A stretch of 38,747 bases of DNA from Pseudomonadota bacterium (GTDB taxonomy: Bacteria; Pseudomonadota; Alphaproteobacteria; RF32; CAG-239), in contig CAKJXZ020000065.1 in NCBI GenBank assembly GCA_918234285.1, positions 1 to 38,747 of the forward strand, in the 5' to 3' direction. Position numbers and translations under genes: made by a program. Positions 16,505 through 26,178 of the stretch are shown here, one piece after another. The first letter of the stretch is position 1, and every line of letters begins with the position of its first letter. A model generated the notes under the pieces. The model saw only the letters and a program-made list of their open reading frames with translations, was not told the DNA's origin and did not search any database.

Positions 16505-17236
16505 ATGTATAGCGAGCGGTTTCAGCAGTTTATCGAAATGTGGCGCAAAGATTTTGCCATTGAACGCAGTATGAACGAAAAAGTCTGCGTCGACCGCGAC
16601 GGCAATCCGATTCCGTGGTATACATATCCGGCAATCGAATATATTTCGCAGTTTGATTACAGCGATAAGAAGGTGTTTGAATACGGTACCGGATATTCGT
16701 CGATGTATTGGGCCAAGCGTGCGCAAAAAGTTATCAGTATTGAAGATAAGCCGGAGTGGTTTGCAAAGTTTCAAAAGGAATTTTCCGCACCCAACTGGCA
16801 AATGCGTTATTGCGACGAAAAACAGGGTTATGAAGACACTATTTTTGCCGACAACGAAAAGTATGATGTGATTGTGATTGACGGCAAACGTCGTGCCGAA
16901 TGTGCGGCTTCTGCGGTTAAGGCTTTGGCCGCGGGCGGGATGATAATTTTGGACGACAGCGACCGCATCAACACCAGCTTGGAATATGCCGGTGCCGTCA
17001 AGAATCTGCGCGAGGCCAATCTGCTGCAGGTTGATTTTTACGGTTTTTGCCCGATGAATAACTATACCAAGGCCACTTCGATTTTCTTTTCCCGCGATTT
17101 TGATTTTGCGTCGCTGTATACGGTGCAGCCGATTAACGGGCTCGGCAATATCTGGTCGATGAGCCGGCGTGAGCGCAAGCAGTTTTTCAAAAAGCAGGAA
17201 TGGCCGCTGGAAGAACCTGAAAAAGAGGCAAAATAA
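16505..17236 (+). CDS. class I SAM-dependent methyltransferase (probably surface-glycan related)
   Basis: 'PWYTYPAIEY', motif I 'VFEYGTGYSS', 'YDVIVIDG', 'GGMIILDDS'; GGAGG SD. Confidence 0.8.
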   Translation: MYSERFQQFIEMWRKDFAIERSMNEKVCVDRDGNPIPWYTYPAIEYISQFDYSDKKVFEYGTGYSSMYWAKRAQKVISIEDKPEWFAKFQKEFSAPNWQMRYCDEKQGYEDTIFADNEKYDVIVIDGKRRAECAASAVKALAAGGMIILDDSDRINTSLEYAGAVKNLREANLLQVDFYGFCPMNNYTKATSIFFSRDFDFASLYTVQPINGLGNIWSMSRRERKQFFKKQEWPLEEPEKEAK

Positions 17237-17329
17237 ACATTAAAAAACGCATCTCTTTCACCTCTGGCGGCTAGTACATGTAATAACGGTTAAAATAAAT
17301 TAAAAAGGGCAAGGCTGATAAATAAAAGC

Positions 17330-17357
17330 AAACGCCCGAAACATAAATCGGGCGTTT
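17330..17357. terminator. bidirectional terminator
   Basis: AAACGCCCGA..TCGGGCGTTT between convergent genes. Confidence 0.7.
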
Positions 17358-17366
17358 GAATAAACA

Positions 17367-17975
17367 CTATAACTTTGTGTAGTGAATTTTCTTTTTTTGC
17401 GTCGCGCGTTTTTCCTGTCGCTCGGCTTGCTTTTTTTGGTTTTCGGCATACTTTCTTTCCGCCTCCGCGCACTTTTTGAAAAACACAATCAAGGCGTCGG
17501 TCAAACCGCTGAGCCAGCCGTAAATAATCGTCGTGCCAAATAAAATAACCAACACATACATCCCCGCTAAAAAGCCGCCGAATGTCGGCATTTGCTTGAA
17601 GTGTTCGCCGGAAAGGTACTCCAAAATCGTCACCAAATTGACAGAGTAAGCAACAAATGCAATGCACAGCGCCAGCAAAAACACGTTGATTAAATGCTGC
17701 CATTTGCTGTATTTTTTCGAGATATTATCCCATACTTCAAACGGCAACAGCAAAATCATCGCCATTTGCGGGATAAAAAGACAGCCCAGTCCGATGGCAA
17801 CAGTGCTGACAAAGATGATAACGCCGAACCCCAGCAACATTTCCGACCATTCCATCGGTGTTTCTCGGAAGCCGACGGCAAACGTGTCGTAGTGCACGGA
17901 AAGCGCCGCAAAAGTAAAGGTTAGAAAGGCCATCGCCATCACGACCAAAACTTTGCCAATAATTTCTCTCTTCAT
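17367..17975 (-). CDS. hypothetical 4-5 TM membrane protein with basic C-terminal tail
   Basis: Hydrophobic helices; own TTGACA-N17-TATTTT promoter (18087..18059). Confidence 0.7.
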   Translation of the reverse strand: MKREIIGKVLVVMAMAFLTFTFAALSVHYDTFAVGFRETPMEWSEMLLGFGVIIFVSTVAIGLGCLFIPQMAMILLLPFEVWDNISKKYSKWQHLINVFLLALCIAFVAYSVNLVTILEYLSGEHFKQMPTFGGFLAGMYVLVILFGTTIIYGWLSGLTDALIVFFKKCAEAERKYAENQKKQAERQEKRATQKKKIHYTKL

Positions 17976-18101
17976 AATATTCGGGATTTTTAATGAGGCT
18001 CAATTTGTTCCCGTTCCTCGTAGTTAATAATAGCTAAATTATGTTTATTCTGAGCCCGAAAATAGAATAAACACGATAAATTGTCAAGTAATTATCCCGT
18101 C

Positions 18102-19100
18102 TTAACCGATTCTTTGAATGATTTTGCGAGCGATTTCTTCATAAGCTTTGGTATGCGGACTGTCGGGATTTTCCGCCACAATCGGGGTACCGGCATCGGA
18201 AGTGCGGCGAATTTCCGGCTCCAACGGAATGGCTCCCAAAAATGTTTCTCCCATATTTTCCGCTGTTTGTTTGGCACCGTTATGTCCGAAAATATCGGAG
18301 CGTTCGCCACAATGCGGGCAGATAAAATAGCTCATATTTTCAATAATTCCCAATACCGGAGTGCCGGTTTTTTTGAACATATTTACCCCTTTAATCGCGT
18401 CAATCAGGGCAATATCCTGCGGGGTGGAAACAATCACGATACCGGCAAAATCAACACGTTGCGACAACGTAATCAAAATATCGCCCGTCCCCGGCGGCAT
18501 ATCCACCACCATAATATCAATTTCACCCCAAGCGGTTTGTGTCATCAGCTGCTCAATCGCACCGCAGGCTTTGGCTCCGCGCCATATCAGCGGAGTGTTG
18601 CGGTCAATCAGAGAACCGACCGAAATCGATTTTATGCCGCACTCGGCAAACGGTTGAAAGTTTTTACCGTCGTTCGAAACCAGCGGCGAACCCTCATAGC
18701 CGAGCATTGTCGGCACCGACGGCCCGTAAATATCGGCATCGACCAACGCCACTTTTTTACCGCAATTTGCCAGAGCCAAAGCCAGATTTACCGCGGTGGT
18801 AGATTTGCCGACACCTCCTTTACCCGAGGCCACGCCGATAATATGCTTAACTCCGGGTATTTGCCATTTTTCGATGGCTTTAACACCGAGGTTATTGTTT
18901 TTTTCTTCCACAAACAAAACGGAAATTTTATATTCCGGCAACCGCGCGGCGATTTCCTGCTTTAATGCTGCGGTTATTTGCGGATTTTCCGCCAGATTTC
19001 CATATTCGATAATAATCCGTTTGCCGATGATTTTTATGTTGGCAATATTGCTTTGCGGATAGTATTTTGCCGCAATTTCATAAATTTCCGCTTCCGTCAT
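18102..19100 (-). CDS. mrp: Mrp/NBP35 (ApbC) iron-sulfur cluster carrier ATPase
   Basis: 'GKGGVGKST', 'DADIYGPS', 'DMPPGTGD', 'ENMSYFICPHC'. Confidence 0.95.
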   Translation of the reverse strand: MTEAEIYEIAAKYYPQSNIANIKIIGKRIIIEYGNLAENPQITAALKQEIAARLPEYKISVLFVEEKNNNLGVKAIEKWQIPGVKHIIGVASGKGGVGKSTTAVNLALALANCGKKVALVDADIYGPSVPTMLGYEGSPLVSNDGKNFQPFAECGIKSISVGSLIDRNTPLIWRGAKACGAIEQLMTQTAWGEIDIMVVDMPPGTGDILITLSQRVDFAGIVIVSTPQDIALIDAIKGVNMFKKTGTPVLGIIENMSYFICPHCGERSDIFGHNGAKQTAENMGETFLGAIPLEPEIRRTSDAGTPIVAENPDSPHTKAYEEIARKIIQRIG

Positions 19101-19198
19101 CAAATTAACTCCCATGTGGATATTTCGGATAGTTGATTGTATTTATTTAACAGATGGATTATCTTAAAACAACAAAAAATTTACATAAAGGAAAGAAA

Positions 19199-20221
19199 AT
19201 GGTTAAAAACACGAATCCTTGGGATAACGATAATGGCGATGATGCATGGGAAAATACCTCCGGCGGTCGCGTAACTCGTAAATTTAAAGTCTTAACAAAT
19301 AACTCGCAGGATAATTGGGGCGGCTATGCCAAATACGGCATTTTGCTGTTGATTGTTTTGTGGATTTGCAGCGGTTTTTATCAGGTACAGCCGAGCGAGG
19401 CCGGTGTGGTACTGCGTTTCGGTAAATATATAGACACCACCGAAGCCGGTTTACACTATCATTTGCCGGCGCCGATTGAGACCGTAATAAAGGTTAATGT
19501 AACGCAAGAGCGCAGTATCAACCTCGGTACCGGTGACGCCCGCGATTATCGTAACAATGCCTTTACCGAAAGCCATATGTTGACAGGTGACGAAAATATT
19601 GTTGATATTAATCTGACCGTGGTGTGGAAAATCAAAGACGCCAAGGATTATTTGTTCAGTATTCGCGATCCGGACGAAACGGTAAGCGTGGCGGCACAAT
19701 CCGTGTTGCGCGAAATTGTCGGACAATCCGAGATGCAGCCGATTATTACCGGCGACCGCGGCAAGGTGGAAGATGATACCAAAGAAGAATTGCAACGGGT
19801 GTTGGATGAATTTGAGTCGGGAATATCCATTGTGCGTGTAAAGTTGCAAAAAGCCGATCCGCCAAGAGAGGTGGTTGACGCTTTTAACGAGGTGCAACGT
19901 GCCAAGGCCGATATGGAGCGTTTTAAAAACGAAGCCGAGGCCTATCGTAACGAAGTCTTGCCGAAAGCGCGCGGTCGGGCGGCACAGATTACCCAAGATG
20001 CCGAGGCTTATAAAGCGGCGGTTATCAATAAGGCTGAAGGTGAAGCAAAACGTTTTGCGTCGGTGTATGCCGCATATAAAGACGGTAAGGAAGTCACAAT
20101 TAAAAAGATGTATTTGGATGCACTTGAAGATGTACTTTCCAAAGCGCATAAAGTGATTATTGATCCGTCGCAGAAAGGAAATCTTTTGCCGGTGTTGTCT
20201 TTAAACGGAAAAAAGGAGTAA
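19199..20221 (+). CDS. hflK: FtsH protease modulator HflK
   Basis: 'NPW', 'GVVLRFGK', 'MLTGDENIVDI', 'PKARG'; upstream of hflC. Confidence 0.95.
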   Translation: MVKNTNPWDNDNGDDAWENTSGGRVTRKFKVLTNNSQDNWGGYAKYGILLLIVLWICSGFYQVQPSEAGVVLRFGKYIDTTEAGLHYHLPAPIETVIKVNVTQERSINLGTGDARDYRNNAFTESHMLTGDENIVDINLTVVWKIKDAKDYLFSIRDPDETVSVAAQSVLREIVGQSEMQPIITGDRGKVEDDTKEELQRVLDEFESGISIVRVKLQKADPPREVVDAFNEVQRAKADMERFKNEAEAYRNEVLPKARGRAAQITQDAEAYKAAVINKAEGEAKRFASVYAAYKDGKEVTIKKMYLDALEDVLSKAHKVIIDPSQKGNLLPVLSLNGKKE

Positions 20222-20225
20222 GACG

Positions 20226-21107
20226 ATGAACAGAATAGGTATTTGGCATATTTTGGGGGTGTTTTGCGTGGCAATTCTGATTTTGGTTTTGAGCGCCACC
20301 TATATTGTTTATCAGTCCGAGCAGGCAATTGTTTTGCAGTTCGGTGAACCGATTCGCGTGGTGCGTGAGCCGGGGCTTAAATTCAAAGTGCCGTTTGTGC
20401 AGAATGTGGTGTTTTATGATGCTCGCCTGCTTAATTTGGATCCGCCGGCGCAAGAGGTGGTGTTGAACGATAAAAAGCGCTTGGATGTTGATAGTTTTAC
20501 CCGCTATAAAATCATTGATCCGCTCAAGTTTTATCAAACCGTGCGTACCGAAAATCAGGCACGCAGCAAACTGGCGGAAATCGTCAATTCGTCGCTACGT
20601 AAGGTGCTCGGACGCATTACTCTGACTGAACTGTTGTCGGAACAACGTACGCAAATTATGAGCGACATCAGTAATACGGTGAAAAAGGATGCGGAAGCCA
20701 TCGGTGTCAGTGTGGCTGATGTCAGAATTCGTCGTGCCGATTTGCCGCGCGAAGTTATGCAGGCAATTAACGATCGGATGAAAACCGAACGTCAACGCGA
20801 TGCCAAGGAATTCCGTGCCAAAGGTCAGCAACAGGCGCAAAATATTCGGGCAACCGCCGATAAGGAAGCCACCATCATTATTGCCGAAGCCGAGAAAAAC
20901 GCGCAGATAACACGCGGTGAGGGCGATCAGGAGGCGGTGCGGCTGTGGAACCGTACGGTGGGACAAGATGTCGAGTTTTATGATTTTTATCGTTCGCTCG
21001 ATGCCTATCGCAAATCGTTGTCGGATAACGAAACCTCTCTGGTGCTGTCACCGGATTCGGATTTCTTTAAATTTTTCAACAAAAGTATGAATAAACGGAA
21101 CGACTGA
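20226..21107 (+). CDS. hflC: FtsH protease modulator HflC
   Basis: 'EQAIVLQFGEP', 'DVRIRRADLP', 'FYDFYRSLDAY', 'VLSPDSDFFKFF'. Confidence 0.95.
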   Translation: MNRIGIWHILGVFCVAILILVLSATYIVYQSEQAIVLQFGEPIRVVREPGLKFKVPFVQNVVFYDARLLNLDPPAQEVVLNDKKRLDVDSFTRYKIIDPLKFYQTVRTENQARSKLAEIVNSSLRKVLGRITLTELLSEQRTQIMSDISNTVKKDAEAIGVSVADVRIRRADLPREVMQAINDRMKTERQRDAKEFRAKGQQQAQNIRATADKEATIIIAEAEKNAQITRGEGDQEAVRLWNRTVGQDVEFYDFYRSLDAYRKSLSDNETSLVLSPDSDFFKFFNKSMNKRND

Positions 21108-22396
21108 TGAAAAAACTTTGCGGGTTTATACTGTGCCTATGCGGTGTTTACAACGTTGCGGCGGCAGATGAGCAAAAGCTCGAAGATGTAATTGACGAGG
21201 TTAATCAGTCGGTGGTCAGCATTGTGGCCGAAAGTGCGGATTCGCAAGCGCTTGGTGCCGGTATTGTGATAAGCGCCGACGGTTATGTTGTTACCAACGC
21301 GCACGTAACGACCGATGCGCAAAAAATTACCTTGATAACATTTGAAGATGAAACTTTTGAAGCCGAGGTTATCGGCAGCGACGAAAAAACCGATATTGCT
21401 TTGCTAAAAGCAGTGCAGCCGCTCGGACTTAATGCGGCTCATTTTGCCGATTCCGACGAGATTCGCGTCGGTAATCCGGTTTTTGCCATCGGTAATCCGT
21501 TCGGACTCGGCAACAGTGTTTCGTCCGGCATTATTTCGGCCAAAGAACGCGATATTGAAAAAGGCCCGTACGATAATTTTATTCAGACCGATGCAGCTAT
21601 TAATCGCGGCAATTCCGGCGGTCCGCTTTTCAATATGGAAGGTGAGGTAATCGGTATGAGTACGGCCATTTTCTCTACCGACGGAATTGATACCGGGGTC
21701 GGTTTTGCCGTGCCTTCGAATATGGTACAATGGGTGGCCGGGCAACTGCAGAAAAACGGTAAGGTTACACGCGGTTGGCTCGGTATCGGTGTACAAAGAA
21801 TCAGAAGCACCGACACAGAGCAGAAAAATAAGTTGGTTGTGGCTTCAATGACGGAGGATTCTCCGGCGGCAAGTGCCGGTATACAGGTCGGCGATATTTT
21901 GGAAGACGCCGGCGGACTTTCGCTGCAATCACCGCGGCATTTTTCGCGTGATGTGGCTCAAACTGCGGTTGATACGGTGTTGCCGCTGATTGTTAAACGT
22001 GATGACAAATTGCTCGATTTGGAAGTCAAAGTCGCGCCGATGCCGACGGAAAACAAACAAGATACCGAAGATGCCGGAAAAATATCTTCAACCGATGCCT
22101 TGGAAGCGACTGCCGCCGAGGAATTTCCAGAACTGGGAATTAAGGCGGTTTATGACGAGATCAATCAAGAGTTTTTGGTTGTAAATGTGGCGGAAAACTC
22201 CGACGCCGCCGTCAAAGGTATTGATGTCGGTGACAAGTTTAAAACCGTTGACGGTCGTAAGATTTTCGGAGTGGAAGATTTGCGCGTAAAAATCAAAGAA
22301 GCCATGCCGCGGGGGCAAATATCGTTGCAATTTATCGGCGAAGATATGCTTGATGTTATTACACTGAAATTAAAGGAACAAAATGAGCAGAATTGA
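21107..22396 (+). CDS. degP: HtrA/DegP-family periplasmic serine protease with PDZ domains
   Basis: 'VTNAHV', 'TDIALLK', 'QTDAAINRGNSGGPL'; follows hflKC as usual in Alphaproteobacteria. Confidence 0.9.
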   Translation: MKKLCGFILCLCGVYNVAAADEQKLEDVIDEVNQSVVSIVAESADSQALGAGIVISADGYVVTNAHVTTDAQKITLITFEDETFEAEVIGSDEKTDIALLKAVQPLGLNAAHFADSDEIRVGNPVFAIGNPFGLGNSVSSGIISAKERDIEKGPYDNFIQTDAAINRGNSGGPLFNMEGEVIGMSTAIFSTDGIDTGVGFAVPSNMVQWVAGQLQKNGKVTRGWLGIGVQRIRSTDTEQKNKLVVASMTEDSPAASAGIQVGDILEDAGGLSLQSPRHFSRDVAQTAVDTVLPLIVKRDDKLLDLEVKVAPMPTENKQDTEDAGKISSTDALEATAAEEFPELGIKAVYDEINQEFLVVNVAENSDAAVKGIDVGDKFKTVDGRKIFGVEDLRVKIKEAMPRGQISLQFIGEDMLDVITLKLKEQNEQN

Positions 22397-22835
22397 TTTC
22401 TATCATCTGAAACGCCGGAGTTTGGAAGAAACTCTACCGCTTTTGTTGCAAAAAACTTATGCTTCGGGCAAACACGCTTTAATCAAAACCACACCGGATA
22501 CGGTTGAAACATTGAATGCCTGGTTGTGGACATACAATGATGAAAGTTTTTTGCCGCACGGTTCGCAAAAAGACGGTTTTGCCGCCGAACAGCCGATTTT
22601 TATTACACCTGGTGATGAAAATGCCAATTCTGCCGAGTTTTTGTTTTTGGTAAACGGTAGTGAATACGATTACGAGCAGGCCAAAGCTTTTGAACGGGTG
22701 TTCAATATATTTGACGGTAACGACGAAACGGCGCTGGCGCAAGCTCGCAACTTGTGGAAAATATATAAAGATGCCGGCTGGGAGGTCTGCTATTGGCAAC
22801 AGAACGAAAACGGCAAATGGGAACAAAAAGCCTGA
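22383..22835 (+). CDS. holC: DNA polymerase III subunit chi
   Basis: 'IDFYHL', 'LWTY...SFLPHG', 'ARNLWK', 'YWQQ..GKW'. Confidence 0.93.
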   Translation: MSRIDFYHLKRRSLEETLPLLLQKTYASGKHALIKTTPDTVETLNAWLWTYNDESFLPHGSQKDGFAAEQPIFITPGDENANSAEFLFLVNGSEYDYEQAKAFERVFNIFDGNDETALAQARNLWKIYKDAGWEVCYWQQNENGKWEQKA

Positions 22836-22922
22836 AACAAAGGGCATAAAAATAAATTATTCTTGCGTATTTGCTAAAAAAAAGTATGATTCAAATAAAG
22901 GTAAGTTTAAGGAGAAAATAAC

Positions 22923-23888
22923 GTGACTGAAATTTCGGATTTGCATGTGGCAAGGCAGACGATAGACAGAGAAATCGAAGCCCTGAAGACAATGGAAAAT
23001 AATTTGGATGATACGCTCGGTCAGGCGCTTGATGTGTTGCAAAAAACCAAAGGTCGGGTAATTGTTACCGGTATGGGAAAATCCGGCCATATCGGCAGTA
23101 AAATTGCCGCAACCATGGCCTCTACCGGCACCCCGTCATTCTTTTTGCACCCGAGCGAAGCCAGTCACGGCGATTTGGGAATGATTACGTCCGATGATAC
23201 GGTGATAGCAATATCCAACAGCGGTGAATCCAAAGAACTGTTGGATATTTTGACCTATTGCCGCCGTTTTTCGATTCCGCTGATTGCCATTACCAAAAAT
23301 CCGGAAAGTTCTCTCGGTAAAAACAGCGACATTATCCTGCGCCTGCCGGATAATCGCGAAGCTTGCCCGTTGGGGTTGGCGCCGATGTCGTCGACGACCG
23401 CAACTTTGGTTATGGGCGATATTTTGGCGGCCGCATTGATGGTGCGCAAAGGATTTACGGAACAAGACTTCCGTCTGCGCCATCCGGGCGGTAAGCTCGG
23501 CGCCATTTTGCGCCACGTTTCCGATATTATGCACACCGGCGACGAAATGCCGCTTATCGGCGAAGATGCGATTATGCAGGATGCGCTGATAAAAATGTCG
23601 GAAAAAATGCTCGGTTGTGTCGGTATTTTGAATAAGGACGGCGATTTAATCGGAGTTATTACCGACGGTGATTTACGTCGTTGGATGGCCCCGAATTTGA
23701 TTGAAGAAAAAGTTTCCAAAGTTATGACTAAAAACCCGCGCACTTGCAGCGCCGACATATTGATTGCCGAAGCGGTAAATATTATGAACAATACCGGTCG
23801 GGGTATCACCAATATGTTTGTGGTTGAGGGCAAAAAGCCGATAGGCATTGTGCATATTCACGATTGTTTGCGAGCCGGAGTAAGCTGA
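22923..23888 (+). CDS. kdsD: arabinose-5-phosphate isomerase (KpsF/GutQ; SIS plus CBS domains)
   Basis: 'TGMGKSGHIG', 'EASHGDLG', 'HPGGKLG', 'ITDGDLRR'. Confidence 0.95.
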   Translation: MTEISDLHVARQTIDREIEALKTMENNLDDTLGQALDVLQKTKGRVIVTGMGKSGHIGSKIAATMASTGTPSFFLHPSEASHGDLGMITSDDTVIAISNSGESKELLDILTYCRRFSIPLIAITKNPESSLGKNSDIILRLPDNREACPLGLAPMSSTTATLVMGDILAAALMVRKGFTEQDFRLRHPGGKLGAILRHVSDIMHTGDEMPLIGEDAIMQDALIKMSEKMLGCVGILNKDGDLIGVITDGDLRRWMAPNLIEEKVSKVMTKNPRTCSADILIAEAVNIMNNTGRGITNMFVVEGKKPIGIVHIHDCLRAGVS

Positions 23889-23891
23889 TTT

Positions 23892-25349
23892 ATGATTGAT
23901 TCCGGCAAATTAGATTCTTTTTTTGACAGCAGTCGCTCGCTTGATCTTGATTATTCCGGCGCTCAAAGGCGGAAAGTTGATTGGCGTCGATTGTTCAAAA
24001 TTGTTTTGCCGTGTATTGCCGCCGCGTTGCTCGGTGTGATGATAGTGATGCCGAACATCAAAAAAAGTGTTGATTTGAGCGAAAATATTACAATGCCCAA
24101 AAAAGGAGAGATGGAAAAATTGCATATGGAACAAACCGTGTTCAATACCATCGACAGCAAAAATCGTGTCAACAAGATAGTAGCGGACAGTGTTGATGAA
24201 ATCGATGCCGGTTCTCAGGTTTATAAGATTGTTAATCCGAAAGCGATTATTCCGACTGACAACGGTCATACCGATATTACCGCTGACGTCGGCTACTTTA
24301 ACCAGAATAATAATGTTTTGGAACTGGAGAAAAATGTTAAAGCGGTGGTTGAAAATGATACGGTCATAACCACTCTTAAAGCCAACTATGACTTTAAGCA
24401 GGAAAAAGGTTGGGGTAAAGATCCGGTTTTTGCTAAGGGCAGTTGGGGAGATATGCAGGCGGAAGCCTTCGATTATGATAAAATATCTCAGCTTCTTATA
24501 TTGAAAGGAAATAATCGTATTACCACCTCTAAAGGTATTTTGACAGCTAAAAAAGAAACTCGTATCTATCAGCAGGAGAATAAGAGTGTTGCGGTCGGCG
24601 ATGCGGTTATTACGCAAAACGACAACAAACTTTATGCCGAAGAAATCATCGGTTGGTTTGCCTCCAGCTCCAAAAAAGAATTGGAACGGACCGAGGCATA
24701 TCGCAAAGTGCGCCTGGAAACACCAAAAGAAGTGGTGACGGGAAATGAAGCATATTATGACGCACTGCAGGGGAAAATCGATGTGTACGGATATACCCGC
24801 AATCAGTGTCGTAATGAAAGTTTGGTTAAGGTGCAACAGGGCGAAAATAACTTGAGTGCCTGCCATGTCACGGCTTATGTCAGCGGCACCGAGCGTAAGG
24901 AATTGCAAAAAGTTACGGCCGAGGGTAATGTAACGGTACAGACTGCCGCCGAAAAGATGTCGGGCGAAAAAGGAATATACGAACCGAATATCGGCAAAAT
25001 TACCGTGTTCGGAGGCCGGCAGCCGGTGGTTATCAACAAAGAAGACAAGGTTTTGCGGGCGCAAAAAGTTGTTGCCTATTTGGATAAAAAGCGCAACTTA
25101 AAATATGCCGAGGCCTTCGGAGATGTGGAAGTTGTTACTCCCAAAGGTTCTGCTTGGGGTGATCGCGGTGTATATAACCCCGTGGAACAAAAGGTGGAAC
25201 TGTTTGAAAACGTACGTTTGGAACAAAACGGCAACTTTATTACCGGAGCTTATGCCGTGACCGATTTGGCTACTTCAGTCAGCCGTATCAAGGGAGATGA
25301 AACCACAAACGGTAGGATTCGCGGCACTTTTTATAAGAAAAGGAAGTAA
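23892..25349 (+). CDS. LptC-LptA fusion LPS transport protein (TM + LptC domain + 3 LptA/OstA-like repeats)
   Basis: Only ORF between kdsD and lptB; N-terminal TM and LptC-like segment; three repeats 'L....A...V...T.....G....Y'; LptA-type C-terminus 'GRIRGTF'. Confidence 0.85.
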   Translation: MIDSGKLDSFFDSSRSLDLDYSGAQRRKVDWRRLFKIVLPCIAAALLGVMIVMPNIKKSVDLSENITMPKKGEMEKLHMEQTVFNTIDSKNRVNKIVADSVDEIDAGSQVYKIVNPKAIIPTDNGHTDITADVGYFNQNNNVLELEKNVKAVVENDTVITTLKANYDFKQEKGWGKDPVFAKGSWGDMQAEAFDYDKISQLLILKGNNRITTSKGILTAKKETRIYQQENKSVAVGDAVITQNDNKLYAEEIIGWFASSSKKELERTEAYRKVRLETPKEVVTGNEAYYDALQGKIDVYGYTRNQCRNESLVKVQQGENNLSACHVTAYVSGTERKELQKVTAEGNVTVQTAAEKMSGEKGIYEPNIGKITVFGGRQPVVINKEDKVLRAQKVVAYLDKKRNLKYAEAFGDVEVVTPKGSAWGDRGVYNPVEQKVELFENVRLEQNGNFITGAYAVTDLATSVSRIKGDETTNGRIRGTFYKKRK

Positions 25350-25353
25350 AAAT

Positions 25354-26100
25354 ATGGCGGTAAAACAAAAAAACGATCAAGATGTTTTGGAAATTTTCAA
25401 CATCGGTAAAAAATATAAGAAACGCTCGGTTTTGCGTAATGTTTCGTTGCATGTGCGCAAGGGCGAGGCCGTCGGTTTGCTCGGGCCCAACGGTGCCGGT
25501 AAAACCACTTGTTTTTATTGCGTTACCGGCTTGATAACTCCTGATTACGGCGATATATATATCGGTGGTGAAGATATTACCAATATGCCGATGTATAAGC
25601 GCGCCAAAATGGGTATCGGTTATCTGCCGCAAGAGGCTTCTATTTTCAGAACTCTGAGTGTTGAAGATAATATCAAGGCAATTTTGCAGGTGGTGGAAGA
25701 AGACGAAAGCAAACGCGAAACCACGCTTGACGAGCTGCTCAACGAGTTTTCGATAGCGCACTTGCGCAAATCTCCGGCTTTGGCGCTTTCCGGCGGCGAA
25801 CGTCGGCGTTTGGAAATTGCCCGTGCTTTGGCCAGCCGCCCGCGCTTTATTTTGCTGGATGAGCCGTTGGCCGGTATTGATCCGATTGCCGTAAATGATA
25901 TCCGCGGTTTGGTGTCGCAACTGAAAAATCGCGGCTTGGGCGTGCTGATTACCGACCACAACGTGCGTGAAACTTTGGATATTATCGACAGGGCTTATAT
26001 TTTGCACAGCGGCTCGGTTTTGATGGAAGGTACACCGGACGAGATTGTGAAAAACGAAGAGGTCAGAAAAGTATATCTGGGAGATAATTTCTCCTTATAA
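25354..26100 (+). CDS. lptB: LPS export ABC transporter ATP-binding protein
   Basis: 'GPNGAGKTT', 'GYLPQEASIFR', 'LSGGERRRLEIARAL', 'ITDHNVRETL', 'VYLG..F.L'. Confidence 0.97.
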   Translation: MAVKQKNDQDVLEIFNIGKKYKKRSVLRNVSLHVRKGEAVGLLGPNGAGKTTCFYCVTGLITPDYGDIYIGGEDITNMPMYKRAKMGIGYLPQEASIFRTLSVEDNIKAILQVVEEDESKRETTLDELLNEFSIAHLRKSPALALSGGERRRLEIARALASRPRFILLDEPLAGIDPIAVNDIRGLVSQLKNRGLGVLITDHNVRETLDIIDRAYILHSGSVLMEGTPDEIVKNEEVRKVYLGDNFSL

Positions 26101-26178
26101 AAGTATTTACTTTCTCCTATATTAATGTTACACTCATAAAAATGGTATCGTAAGTTTAAAACTTATAGGAGTAGGACA

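Noticed and set aside
18081-18965. 294-aa plus-strand ORF
   Set aside because: Antisense to mrp; Phe/Arg-rich composition typical of shadow ORFs.
23910-26007. Long minus-strand ORFs (384 aa and 239 aa)
   Set aside because: Antisense shadows of lptC/A and lptB.
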